In this document: positions 18,516-27,176 of the stretch, piece after piece
Numbering within the stretch: position 1 is the first letter of the stretch
Layout of the letters: each line of letters opens with the position of its first letter
Virus record (IMG/VR): IMGVR_UViG_3300031344_000001
Length of the DNA stretch: 64,000 bases
Reading direction: 5' to 3' (one strand)
From: a virus
Lineage: Duplodnaviria > Heunggongvirae > Uroviricota > Caudoviricetes
Program-made: the position numbers and the translations under genes
Notes under the pieces: model-generated
What the model saw: the letters and a program-made list of their open reading frames with translations, nothing else
Databases searched by the model: none
Told to the model about the DNA's origin: nothing

Positions 18516-18784
18516 GGCTCGACGCTCCTGGTGGCGATCGCCCGCTGGTACGCCTCGGGCGCGTGTTCGACGCCCCAGTGCGCGCGCGTCACCCACTCGA
18601 TGAACTGAGATGCGAGGCTCTTGCCCGCGCCGGTCGCGGCGTCGATCGCGGCGTTGATCGGCACTGTCACGGCGCAGATCTCGAGGCCGGTCGCGGCGGT
18701 GAACTGCTCGCGCATCTGCGGCTCGTTCCACGCCCACAGGACGAAGTCCCGCCAACCGATCGCGTTCAGGTCGTCGAGGGTCAC
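18512..18784 (-). CDS. Hypothetical protein (90 aa)
   Basis: ATGA overlap with the downstream gene; protein-like. Confidence 0.45.
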   Translation of the reverse strand: MTLDDLNAIGWRDFVLWAWNEPQMREQFTAATGLEICAVTVPINAAIDAATGAGKSLASQFIEWVTRAHWGVEHAPEAYQRAIATRSVEP

Positions 18785-18993
18785 TTTTTGGTCTCACGGC
18801 CGGCCCCGCGCAGGAAGCTCTCCTGTCGGAGTCGGAGCTGCTGCTCCTCGTCGTGACCTTCGCGCAGGAGAGCACGCCGCTCGCGCTGCTTCTCCTCGTT
18901 CGCGAGGCGCGCGCGCTGCGCGCGCCTCGCGCCGTCGGCCCTGGTCGCGGACACGAGCTGCGTTGCGCGCAGGGCTTCTTGCAGGGATGACAA
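18781..18993 (-). CDS. Small charged coiled-coil-like protein (TTG start)
   Basis: AAGGAGAA RBS 7 nt upstream of TTG; avoids overlap with the upstream gene. Confidence 0.3.
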   Translation of the reverse strand: MSSLQEALRATQLVSATRADGARRAQRARLANEEKQRERRALLREGHDEEQQLRLRQESFLRGAGRETKK

Positions 18994-19012
18994 GCGTGGT
19001 TCTCCTTGAGGG

Positions 19013-19582
19013 TTACGTGAAGCGGCGGAGTGATCCGTCCGCTGCGCGCTCGAGACGGATCTTCTCGTCATTGTACAGCGTGCGTGCCTCGACGCTCTTG
19101 CCGTGGTCCCAGGTCACGATCGCCGTGCCCTCGTACGAACTCCCGATCGTGAAGTTCGTGTACTTGACCTTGTCGCCTGGTCGGAGCGTACGGGCCACCT
19201 TGGGCGCAGGTTCGACGCGGGTGGTGGGTATGGGCTCTTGGTGTGCGTGCTTTGGGATCGGTGGCGATCCTGGGGGCAGGGTCACCGTGATCGAGACCCA
19301 CTCGTCGACGACCTCGGTGCGGGCCTTCGCGCCAGGTACCGCCGCTTCGATCTCCTTGGCCTTCGTCCTAGCGAACTGGACCGTCCCGGGGTCGGCACGT
19401 CCTTCGACGATGTCGCCTTCGTCGCGAGACGTGAAGTGAAGTTGGTTGTCCGCATCGTCGTAAGCTTCTTCCTCGTCGAAGCCCGTCGATCGCATGAGGC
19501 GGCGGACCACCTCAAGCGCGCTCGGGCCGCTGGGACCGGCAGGTGGATTCTTCTTGCGCGTGCGTGCTTGCGTGGTGCTCAT
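19013..19582 (-). CDS. Hypothetical protein (189 aa)
   Basis: ATG with GGAG RBS; ATGA overlap with the upstream gene. Confidence 0.5.
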   Translation of the reverse strand: MSTTQARTRKKNPPAGPSGPSALEVVRRLMRSTGFDEEEAYDDADNQLHFTSRDEGDIVEGRADPGTVQFARTKAKEIEAAVPGAKARTEVVDEWVSITVTLPPGSPPIPKHAHQEPIPTTRVEPAPKVARTLRPGDKVKYTNFTIGSSYEGTAIVTWDHGKSVEARTLYNDEKIRLERAADGSLRRFT

Positions 19583-19827
19583 GGTGACTCCTCGGCGATC
19601 CTGCGTTCGACAAGCCCTCGGCGGAGGACCGCCCACCCCTCGCGGTCCGCCTTGGTGAGGGCGCGCCGCGCCGCGGCGGCCCATGTCTCGTGGCCGCGCG
19701 TCGTGTAGAGGACCACGCCGGTCTCGATGTTGCGATCGTCGACCTCGTAGAGGCGCGCGTCACGTTCGCCCGATCGAAAGGGGACGCGCGACGTCCGCTG
19801 GTGCACGCGCAGCTCGACGCGCTTCAC
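19579..19827 (-). CDS. Small hypothetical protein
   Basis: GTG start with GGAGG RBS. Confidence 0.45.
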   Translation of the reverse strand: MKRVELRVHQRTSRVPFRSGERDARLYEVDDRNIETGVVLYTTRGHETWAAAARRALTKADREGWAVLRRGLVERRIAEESP

Positions 19828-20165
19828 GCGGGCCTCCCCGTCGCGGCTCCAACGGCGTCGCGCAGCTCGCTCGCCGTGAGGTCCCTCGTGCCCTCGTTCA
19901 GGACGAACTCGGTCTTACCGCCGCGCGCGAAGTAGATGTTGGTCGTGCGTGGGCCGACGGTGACGCGCAGGTCGGTGCTCGGCAGCGCGTAGCGCGCTCG
20001 CCCCCCGAGTGTCCGGTGCTCACCGCCGGTTCCGCCGTAGATCGGCGACCGCCTCGTCGGGATCCGCACGACCTCCTCGCGTGTCGCGCCCGCCGGAGTG
20101 AAGCCCAGCTCCAGGAGCGTCGTGACGACCTCGTCGACGGTCACGGCTCGTCCCTGAGCTTGCAA
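19824..20165 (-). CDS. Hypothetical protein (113 aa)
   Basis: ORF track; protein-like. Confidence 0.45.
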   Translation of the reverse strand: MQAQGRAVTVDEVVTTLLELGFTPAGATREEVVRIPTRRSPIYGGTGGEHRTLGGRARYALPSTDLRVTVGPRTTNIYFARGGKTEFVLNEGTRDLTASELRDAVGAATGRPA

Positions 20166-20380
20166 GCGGCGCCACGGACCTCCGTGGCGACGTCGGCCGC
20201 GCGCTCGGCGTCGGCCGTCCCCGCGATGTAGGCCGTCAGCTTCTTGGGAGGAAACCAGTCGCGGAACATCATGGTGACCTGGTGGGGCTCGTAACCGGCA
20301 GCGTACATGCGTACGCGGAGCGTGTCCCTGTAGGCGCGCGCCGTGTCGGGGTGGTTGAAGCGCAAGAACGCGGCCTTCAT
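20141..20380 (-). CDS. Small hypothetical protein
   Basis: ATGA overlap with the upstream motif gene; its RBS GAGGAG lies inside the upstream C-terminus. Confidence 0.45.
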   Translation of the reverse strand: MKAAFLRFNHPDTARAYRDTLRVRMYAAGYEPHQVTMMFRDWFPPKKLTAYIAGTADAERAADVATEVRGAACKLRDEP

Positions 20381-20715
20381 CGGGGAGACTCCTCGCCGAG
20401 CGCCTCGGCGATCTCGGCGTCGAGTTGCGCGGGGGTCTTCGTCTCAGTGGCCTGGGGCGCCTTCCTCGCGCGCCACCAAGCGTTCAGCGCTGACTGGAGG
20501 GAGGGGAACGTCGATGGGAACGCCCGGTCGGTGTGCGGCGCGAGCCACTTCTCGATCCGGTAGCGCCTGCCCTTCGGGCCCAGCCAGGCGTGGCCGACGT
20601 GCTGGAACAGGTCGTTGTCGGGCGTCCACCAGAACCCGGGCAAGACGCTGTGGAGGACGATCGGGTGCGTGGCGCCGCGGGGACCGACGTGGAATGTCCG
20701 GCGCTGCTCGGCCAT
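20377..20715 (-). CDS. Hypothetical protein with C-terminal KTPAQLDAEIAEAL motif (copy 9)
   Basis: Trp-rich body; the motif is the last 20 aa. Confidence 0.5.
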   Translation of the reverse strand: MAEQRRTFHVGPRGATHPIVLHSVLPGFWWTPDNDLFQHVGHAWLGPKGRRYRIEKWLAPHTDRAFPSTFPSLQSALNAWWRARKAPQATETKTPAQLDAEIAEALGEESPR

Positions 20716-20717
20716 GG

Positions 20718-20921
20718 TCAGTGTCCCTTCTTCATCGGGTGAAGCTCCTCGCTGACGGCCAGCCAGACGCGACGGAGGTCGCCGCCCAGCGACGAGCTGT
20801 TCGCGTTGTGGACGTGGTAGGTGTCCGAGACAGCCTGTAGTGCCGCTGCGGCTTTACCGGTACCCGCTGAGTGCAGGCTCCGCGCTCTGTACCCTTCCTC
20901 GGGCTCTTCACAGCTTTGCAC
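20718..20921 (-). CDS. Possible small protein
   Basis: Its C-terminal codons provide the AAGAAGGGA RBS for the downstream gene. Confidence 0.25.
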   Translation of the reverse strand: MQSCEEPEEGYRARSLHSAGTGKAAAALQAVSDTYHVHNANSSSLGGDLRRVWLAVSEELHPMKKGH

Positions 20922-21243
20922 GGAGCGCGCGGATCTGCCGGCCGAACGGCGTGTTCCCGACGGAGAAGCCCCGCGACTGCGCCATGTGCCCGAAGTCTTC
21001 TTCGACGCTATCGACGAGGATGGACTTCAGGAAGTCGAAGTCTTCCCAGCCCCAGCCGTGCACGTTGAACAGGTACCCGCCGCGGTGGGGGGCTGCGTTC
21101 TGGAGGGACACCTTGATCTTGGCGGCGCGCGCCTTGTCTTCGCCTTCCCACCCGAGCGCGTCGATGGACTCGATCAGCGCGTCGCGCAGCATGTTGCCGA
21201 CGTAGTAGTAGTCCTCCTTGCTATTGCGCTTGCTCGTCGCCAT
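20908..21243 (-). CDS. Hypothetical protein (111 aa)
   Basis: Start at MATSKRNSKEDYYYV; the R-rich N-terminal extension is rejected. Confidence 0.45.
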   Translation of the reverse strand: MATSKRNSKEDYYYVGNMLRDALIESIDALGWEGEDKARAAKIKVSLQNAAPHRGGYLFNVHGWGWEDFDFLKSILVDSVEEDFGHMAQSRGFSVGNTPFGRQIRALRAKL

Positions 21244-21251
21244 GGCACTTC

Positions 21252-21455
21252 CTAGGGGATCTTCTGCATCCCGTGCGGGTACGGGCACGGGCACGGGGCG
21301 GGAGGCTCTTCCCCGACGAGTGGGAGCGGTGATCCCGACAAGCACTGCCCCGTGTGGTCGTGGCAGTGCCGGTGGCCGCAGTGGTCGCACGCGCCGTCGC
21401 AGAGGCTGCCGTCATACGCGCGTGTCGCCGGGCGCTGGTCGAGTGCGAGGGGCAT
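21252..21455 (-). CDS. Small Cys/His-rich protein
   Basis: CDGACDHCGHRHCHDH..C..CPCPYPH. Confidence 0.35.
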   Translation of the reverse strand: MPLALDQRPATRAYDGSLCDGACDHCGHRHCHDHTGQCLSGSPLPLVGEEPPAPCPCPYPHGMQKIP

Positions 21456-21463
21456 GGGTGATC

Positions 21464-21799
21464 CTACCGCGGAACGCCTTCACGGTGACGGGTGGACAGC
21501 CTCGTCCACAGCGCGGTCGTCTCCTCGACGTGGTGCGCGCGCAGGTCCTTGTACGCGCGGCGCAGGTCGTCGAGCGTCGCGTGCTCGAGAGCGTCGTCGT
21601 CGAGCTCGTGGAAGCGCGCGAGCCTCGCGGGGCGGTAGCCGTCGCAGCCGTGGCAGCTCATCTTGCCGGCGATGCACGGGCCGCCGCGGTGCGCGTGCCT
21701 CTGGCACCCGCACGCGCAGGTTGGGTGGGCAGGGCAGTAGTCGCCGTCCTGATCGCAGGTGCAGATCTGGCTCGGCGGAGCTTCTTGGTTAGCGCCCAA
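21464..21799 (-). CDS. Cys-rich hypothetical protein
   Basis: CTCDQDGDYCPAHPTCACGCQRH..C..CHGCDG. Confidence 0.4.
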   Translation of the reverse strand: MGANQEAPPSQICTCDQDGDYCPAHPTCACGCQRHAHRGGPCIAGKMSCHGCDGYRPARLARFHELDDDALEHATLDDLRRAYKDLRAHHVEETTALWTRLSTRHREGVPR

Positions 21800-22082
21800 G
21801 GCGCTCCCTCATGTCGAGGATGAGCCCTTGATGGGCTCTGTCGAGGTCGTTCAGGATCTGCGTTGTCTGAAGTTGCATGGAGGCGTAGCCCGTCAGGAAC
21901 GCGCACACGCTCTGCCGGGTCCCGACGTACTGGACGTCGTACTGGAGGGGTCCTGCGAAGCGTCCAGCGGTTAGGGTCCACTCGTCTGTGCCAGGCGCAC
22001 GATCAAAGACGACTTGGAAACCGCAAGCCTCTGCCAGTGCAGTGAGCACTTCGGTGGGTAGGTTGTCTTCGATCTTACTCAT
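21789..22082 (-). CDS. Hypothetical protein (97 aa)
   Basis: ORF track; protein-like. Confidence 0.45.
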   Translation of the reverse strand: MSKIEDNLPTEVLTALAEACGFQVVFDRAPGTDEWTLTAGRFAGPLQYDVQYVGTRQSVCAFLTGYASMQLQTTQILNDLDRAHQGLILDMRERLGR

Positions 22083-22135
22083 TGGGTCTCAACCGGATCT
22101 GGACAGGTCTCTCGTCGGAACGTCGGAACGGCCTC

Positions 22136-22729
22136 TCACATTGACGTAGCTGGGGAGTGCGCGTCGGCGGCTACCCGCGGCTGATCCACATGTGCCGCGT
22201 GAGGCTCCTGCCGTGGGCGATCGCGCAGCGCGAGACTCCTGCCGCGGGCGATCATGGCGTGGACCTCGGCCAATCGATCGTTGCTGAGGGAGAGGCGCTG
22301 CTCTTCTGCGATGCGCTCCAGGGCATCACACAACTCGAGGATCACCGCATCGCGCGGCTCGACGCGCACGCGGCGCACGCGGTCTTTCGGCTCCACGTAC
22401 TGAAGGATCGCCACCTCGTGGTTGGTCACGTAACAGCGGCGATCGTCGATCTTCTTGAGCACGCCCTCGTTCGTTAGTTCAGCGACACGTGCGCGCCACA
22501 GGTTCAGGTTCTCGCTGAGACCTGCGGCTCGTAGCACCTCGGTAGCTGAGCCGGGGCTGAACTTCCGAAAAGCCTGGATGACGATGTCGCGCTTGCGCTG
22601 GAGCCGCCCACTGTCTTCCTCGATGTGGAAGGCGTCGATGCTGGTGGGCGGATGGGCCCTGTCGAACGCACTGACGTAGGTGACGTTGTCGAGTGACGGT
22701 GTCGCGTTGGAGTCGTTGTTGTCGGGCAC
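22136..22729 (-). CDS. Winged-helix transcriptional regulator-like protein
   Basis: GTG start with GAGGAG; HTH-like segment SPGSATEVLRAAGLSENLNLWRARVAELTNEGVLKKID. Confidence 0.45.
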   Translation of the reverse strand: MPDNNDSNATPSLDNVTYVSAFDRAHPPTSIDAFHIEEDSGRLQRKRDIVIQAFRKFSPGSATEVLRAAGLSENLNLWRARVAELTNEGVLKKIDDRRCYVTNHEVAILQYVEPKDRVRRVRVEPRDAVILELCDALERIAEEQRLSLSNDRLAEVHAMIARGRSLALRDRPRQEPHAAHVDQPRVAADAHSPATSM

Positions 22730-22782
22730 GTCTCCTCGTAGCACGTGGGTCTGATGAGCTGATGAGTAAGACGTATGCACGC

Positions 22783-23580
22783 TCAACGACTTCCCGGGGT
22801 GAGGATGCGCGTCGCGCCGATCGCGAGCTTCTCCTTCTGGCTGAGGTTGTCGACCAGGCCGCACTTGTTGCACTCCATGGCGAGGAGCGCGCGGGTAACG
22901 TCCTCGGCGCTGGAGTGCACGTTGCCGATCGGGAAGCAGTTCGAGGTCTCGCCGGCGACGATCGTGCCGTCGCTCGAGATGCTGGGCGCGCAGTTGCCGG
23001 ACATCCCAACCGCGGCCCGGGCGCGTATCACGAACAGCGCCTCGCGGACGTCGCCGAATGACCGGGTCAACGACCGTATGTTGAACGACGTGGGGGCCCG
23101 GTGGATCGGCGGCGAGGGTGGCAGCCGCGATCGCTTGAGCCGACCGAGCGTGACGAGCCGGGTCAGAGCCGGCTCGAACACGACGCGCGGGTCGTCCATA
23201 GGTACGGCCTTGGGCGCTCGCGGGTAGAACCTGGGGTCGTTGGTCACCTGGACCATCAGGTCAGGCCAGTCGGGGCGGAGGATCCTCGCGCGCAGCTCGG
23301 GGTCGTCGAGCCACAGGCCGTTGGTGATCAGGATGACCTGGTGAGCGTGGGCGAGCGCGGTCTCCAGGAACCACGCGACGTCGGGGTGCTCCGTCGCCTC
23401 GCCGCCGCTCAGGAGGAGCACCCGCGGGACCCCGCACGACCACGCGAGGCCCTCAAGCCGCGCGGTGAGAGCGAGCGCGGTGGTGAACGTCTCGCGGGTC
23501 ATGTGCTGACCGGTGACGGTCGAGTCTTCCATGCAGTGCGAGCAGCCCATGGAGCAGTAGTTGGTGATCTTGATCAGCAC
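22783..23580 (-). CDS. Radical SAM domain protein
   Basis: CxxxCxxC at the N-terminus (NYCSMGCSHCMED); additional C-terminal Cys cluster (CNKCG). Confidence 0.8.
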   Translation of the reverse strand: MLIKITNYCSMGCSHCMEDSTVTGQHMTRETFTTALALTARLEGLAWSCGVPRVLLLSGGEATEHPDVAWFLETALAHAHQVILITNGLWLDDPELRARILRPDWPDLMVQVTNDPRFYPRAPKAVPMDDPRVVFEPALTRLVTLGRLKRSRLPPSPPIHRAPTSFNIRSLTRSFGDVREALFVIRARAAVGMSGNCAPSISSDGTIVAGETSNCFPIGNVHSSAEDVTRALLAMECNKCGLVDNLSQKEKLAIGATRILTPGSR

Positions 23581-23599
23581 GCGACCTCCTCGCTAGATG

Positions 23600-24448
23600 C
23601 TAGATGCGACCAGCGGTTGGCTTCTTCCAAGCGTCGCGGTCGACGTACGCCGCGAACACGATCTTGTCCGCGTCCTTGGGGGCGCCGTTGCGGTTGATAG
23701 CGACGATGAAGGGCCCGTCGATCTTGACCGTGCGGACCGTACGGACGCCCCTGGTCACCGCGATCTCCGCAGCGGCACTCGCGCGCCCGCCGACCTCGTT
23801 CAGCTCCAGGCGGAGCTGCTCGACCGCCTGCGTGACCACGTTCGTGCCCGCGCGGAGGCCACGCATGTACTTGGCGTCGTCGCGGACGAGCAGGTCGACC
23901 ATCGGGAAGTCGAGTCGGACTTCTTCGCGCGCCGAACGACAGACCATAGCCAGCGCGCGTTCAGCTAGCTCGGCGGCGTGCACGGGTGCCGTGTCCGCCT
24001 GCTGGAAGCAGAAGCTGAAGCTCGCGTGCTGAGTGACGACCTCCACCACGGGATGCTCGCGGGGGGCTGAAGTGGACGTGTACGCGCCCTTCTTTAAGAG
24101 GACGCGGTCGACCTCGCGTTCCCGGTACGCTTGTCCGATCGCGCGCCACTTGGCGATGATGTTCAGCGTGCTCGCGAGGAAGATGTCGTTGGGGGTGCCC
24201 TGCGTGACCTGGGCTTCCCAACCTTCGCTCTTCAACCACGCGACGTGCTGCTCGGCGGAGGCGGTGGCGTTGCGGTGGACCTCGGGCATCGTGGCGGCCA
24301 GCTCGGCGCGTCGCCGGAAGCTGCTGAGCCACGCTGCTTGGTCAGCTCGGTCAGGGCTCCCCAGCCACGTCGGGCTGCCCAGGAGATCGTCGGCCGCGGC
24401 GAGGGCTGCGGGCATCGTGAAAGGAGAAACAGCGAGGCACTTCGTCAT
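23600..24448 (-). CDS. Hypothetical protein adjacent to the radical SAM gene (282 aa)
   Basis: ORF track; protein-like; no motif recognised. Confidence 0.5.
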   Translation of the reverse strand: MTKCLAVSPFTMPAALAAADDLLGSPTWLGSPDRADQAAWLSSFRRRAELAATMPEVHRNATASAEQHVAWLKSEGWEAQVTQGTPNDIFLASTLNIIAKWRAIGQAYREREVDRVLLKKGAYTSTSAPREHPVVEVVTQHASFSFCFQQADTAPVHAAELAERALAMVCRSAREEVRLDFPMVDLLVRDDAKYMRGLRAGTNVVTQAVEQLRLELNEVGGRASAAAEIAVTRGVRTVRTVKIDGPFIVAINRNGAPKDADKIVFAAYVDRDAWKKPTAGRI

Positions 24449-24670
24449 TCAACAGGACCTTTCGACAGGGGACAGGTTAGCGCCCATGCTTCGCAGCCGC
24501 GCGGTCTCCAGGAGCATCGGCGATGGCGGGACACAGCTTCCGGCACGCGACTTCGCTTCGCCTTCCGCCGTGTAGTACGTCAGCTGGCCTGTTCGGCCGC
24601 CGCCATAGCCGCTGCGAACAGTTCCGCAGTTGGCGCAAGCGTCGTTTTCGTTCCAGCGGTGGCGCGTCAT
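24449..24670 (-). CDS. Small zinc-ribbon protein
   Basis: ATGA overlap with the RNA ligase stop; CANCG..C. Confidence 0.35.
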   Translation of the reverse strand: MTRHRWNENDACANCGTVRSGYGGGRTGQLTYYTAEGEAKSRAGSCVPPSPMLLETARLRSMGANLSPVERSC

Positions 24671-25320
24671 GAGTTGATCAGTGCCTCGGCCTCGTCGGGT
24701 GTGCAGCGCGCCTTCACCTTGTCGACCCACGCGCGGGTCTTGGCCTTGGCCATGACGAGGTCGTGCGTCTTGCCGTGGCCCGCTTTGCCGACGACGCCCT
24801 CGAAGGTCACACCCTCGACGTCGCCGTTCCAGACGCGGTCGACGAACCCGCGCGTCCAGTTGAGGCGCCCAAGGAACCGCGCCATCGGCAGCCCCTCGAA
24901 TAGTTTCAGGTACGCGGCGGGACCGAGCAGTCCCTGCTTGTACGGCGCGACGTCGATCAGGGCGACGCGCATCTGGTCGTCAGGATCGAGGGGCTGGTTC
25001 TGGGCGTCGTGGTGGCAGCCCGCGAAGCTGCTGGGTCCCCAGTGCTCGGCGAACGCGACGACGTGCTCCCAGCGCTGGTCGACGGCGACCTTCGCCACAG
25101 GCTCCGAGAGCGTGTCCATGAAGATCTTGATCGCGCGCCCGAACTGCCAGTCGCTCGCGTCGAAGAGGCGCGTCCGCGTGCCGGACTTCGTCCACTGCTT
25201 GCGCTTGCGGCTCCACTCGAAGCGAAGGTTCGATCCGTCGAGCTTGTCGAAGACGTAAGCGTCTGGGATCTCCTGGAAGGTCATCCCTGTGGCGCGTGAG
25301 ATCGAGGGGTAGGTCTTCAT
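24667..25320 (-). CDS. Putative RNA ligase (Rnl/DRB0094-like nucleotidyltransferase)
   Basis: Motif I KLDGSN (KxDG) near the N-terminus; about 217 aa, as expected for this family. Confidence 0.6.
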   Translation of the reverse strand: MKTYPSISRATGMTFQEIPDAYVFDKLDGSNLRFEWSRKRKQWTKSGTRTRLFDASDWQFGRAIKIFMDTLSEPVAKVAVDQRWEHVVAFAEHWGPSSFAGCHHDAQNQPLDPDDQMRVALIDVAPYKQGLLGPAAYLKLFEGLPMARFLGRLNWTRGFVDRVWNGDVEGVTFEGVVGKAGHGKTHDLVMAKAKTRAWVDKVKARCTPDEAEALINS

Positions 25321-25514
25321 CGCGCTCCTTTGGAGCGTTCGGTCAGCGCTCTTGATTGTTGGTGTGACAGCAGGCGCCGGCCCAGCGCGGCGGTGAGTTT
25401 GAGGATCTCCTCATTGATGAATTCGATCTGAGACCCGTCCTGGTCCGCCTCAACAGCGCGTATCGCCGCAGCGTCGAGCGCGAGCCGTACTTCCCTGAGG
25501 GTTTGTTTCTTCAC
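25317..25514 (-). CDS. Small hypothetical protein
   Basis: ORF track; coupled to its neighbours. Confidence 0.35.
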   Translation of the reverse strand: MKKQTLREVRLALDAAAIRAVEADQDGSQIEFINEEILKLTAALGRRLLSHQQSRALTERSKGAR

Positions 25515-26041
25515 GGCGCGCGCCCCCTCTGAACAGCATCGTTTGCGCTCTTCGCTCGACCCTCCGCGGCGTGTCGCGAGGGGTAGGTCTTCGTCCCGAC
25601 CTCGCGCGCCTTGCGCGCGAGCACGCGCGCCAAGCTCTCAGGCGTGGTCGGCAACCGCGTGATCCGGTGGGTGCGCAGCAACTCGCTGACGGAGCGCTTG
25701 CACCAGCGCTCGAACGAGCACTCGATCGTGTCTTCGTCGGTGAACTGGATCTCCTCGTCGGCGAGCTTGCCGTGCCCTGACCGGCGGAGCAGTCGCTGCG
25801 AGACCGAGATCGCGGCGATCTCCCTGGAGACGGCATAGTGGTAGCGACGCCCGATGCGCGGACTCGTGATGTCGAGCCCAAACATGAACTGCCGACACTC
25901 AGCCCGCGTGGCGACGAGGAAGTGTCCGATCTCGTGCGCGGGCCACCACGATCGCGGGCCTTCCATGTAGAGGCGCTCGTCTGCCGCGGCTCCCGGGACG
26001 AAGCGGTAGGCGAGGTCCCTGATCTCGGAGAGCTTCATCAT
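25511..26041 (-). CDS. ImmA/IrrE-like HExxH metallopeptidase
   Basis: AHEIGHF zinc-binding motif; GGAGGG RBS; ATGA overlap with the upstream gene. Confidence 0.5.
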   Translation of the reverse strand: MMKLSEIRDLAYRFVPGAAADERLYMEGPRSWWPAHEIGHFLVATRAECRQFMFGLDITSPRIGRRYHYAVSREIAAISVSQRLLRRSGHGKLADEEIQFTDEDTIECSFERWCKRSVSELLRTHRITRLPTTPESLARVLARKAREVGTKTYPSRHAAEGRAKSANDAVQRGRAP

Positions 26042-26574
26042 CGGGATCCCTCCCCGAGCCGCGGCGCAACCTTCTTGGCCACGATGTCGAGGCCGACCGC
26101 GACGGCGACCGTGCCCGGCGGCGCGTCGCCGCGGTGGGCCAGGTAGCCGTCCCACCGCGCGCCGATCGGGTCCGACGGGTCGTGCTTCAAGTACCAGAGC
26201 AGCCGTCGGTCGACGTAGGCGTAGTGCGTCGCGCCGCCGAAGCTCGCGGGGTACATGATGCGGCGGAGCGTGATCGGTCCCTCGTGGACCACCACGTCGC
26301 GCCTCCACGCCTCCGCGAGACGGGGGTCGACGCGCTCGAAGTGGAGGAGGACCGCGCGCGCGTCCTTGAGGGTGATGCCGGGCAGGTCACCGGTGAGCGG
26401 ATCGATCGGAGGCTTGACGCGCTCCTCGCTCGTCGTCGGGCGATCGATGGGGCGGACCTCGCGGGCCGGCGGTGACCGCGTGAGCGCTCGCTCCGCGGGC
26501 TCGCGTGGAGTAGCGGCGGCGCGGGTACGCTTGGGAGAGGGCTTCTTTCGAGGGACACGCGGCTTCTTCGTCAT
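26038..26574 (-). CDS. Hypothetical protein with basic N-terminus
   Basis: MTKKPRVPRKKPSPKRTR..; protein-like C-terminal domain. Confidence 0.45.
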   Translation of the reverse strand: MTKKPRVPRKKPSPKRTRAAATPREPAERALTRSPPAREVRPIDRPTTSEERVKPPIDPLTGDLPGITLKDARAVLLHFERVDPRLAEAWRRDVVVHEGPITLRRIMYPASFGGATHYAYVDRRLLWYLKHDPSDPIGARWDGYLAHRGDAPPGTVAVAVGLDIVAKKVAPRLGEGSR

Positions 26575-27176
26575 CGCCTGGCACCCTCCTCCGCGATGAC
26601 CCACGGCGGCGAGAGCCGCCGCTCCAGCGCCTCGAGCGCGTCAGCGTCGAGGTCGGCAGCGCGCTCGGGTCGGAGGTCGGCGACCGGCTCGGTGATGACC
26701 TCGCGCTGCGTGCGCAGCGACCACTCGACCTGGCGCTTTCCCTCCTCGCCCATGTGCGGGTGGATCAGGGCGAAACACGCGAGCCCCTCGAGCGCGCTCG
26801 CCCAGCTGTGGTGGAACAGCACGCGCGATGGCGGTGCGGGGAGAGTCGCGACGTAGCCATGCAGTCGCGGGTTGAGGCGCGCGAGCGGCTCGCTGACCAC
26901 GGATCGAGCGCACGCGAACCACGCGGCGACGTCGGGGTCCTCGCTCCACGACAGGAACGTGAGCTCGGGGTCGACGACGAATGGCACGTCGGGATCGAGC
27001 AACATGCCGCGGTAGAGCGGCGCGGGGTCGATCGGGAAGGTCGCGACGAGGTCGTCGGCGACTCGACGGACGGCGTCGCCCGCGAAGCGCATGATCGTGT
27101 CTGCCTCGCCGAGCTTGCCGTAGACCGCGTGCAGCGCGAAGTTGACGTAGAAGTTGAGGTCGTCTCGGTTGCTCAC
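26571..27176 (-). CDS. Hypothetical protein (201 aa)
   Basis: GTGA overlap with the upstream gene; GGAG RBS. Confidence 0.45.
   Translation of the reverse strand: MSNRDDLNFYVNFALHAVYGKLGEADTIMRFAGDAVRRVADDLVATFPIDPAPLYRGMLLDPDVPFVVDPELTFLSWSEDPDVAAWFACARSVVSEPLARLNPRLHGYVATLPAPPSRVLFHHSWASALEGLACFALIHPHMGEEGKRQVEWSLRTQREVITEPVADLRPERAADLDADALEALERRLSPPWVIAEEGARR

Noticed and set aside
6423-20715. Shared motif as an HU/IHF-like N-terminal helix (MNKTELIDAIA-like)
   Set aside because: The resemblance is limited to about 10 residues. The motif-bearing proteins lack the rest of the HU fold, differ in length, and also carry the motif internally or at the C-terminus.
6423-20715. Shared motif as a T4-type capsid-targeting sequence cleaved at L-x-E
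   Set aside because: The spacing is L-D-x-E (LxxE), not the (L/I)xE consensus I recall. No prohead protease or capsid genes are in the window. I kept it only as a speculative analogy inside the finding.
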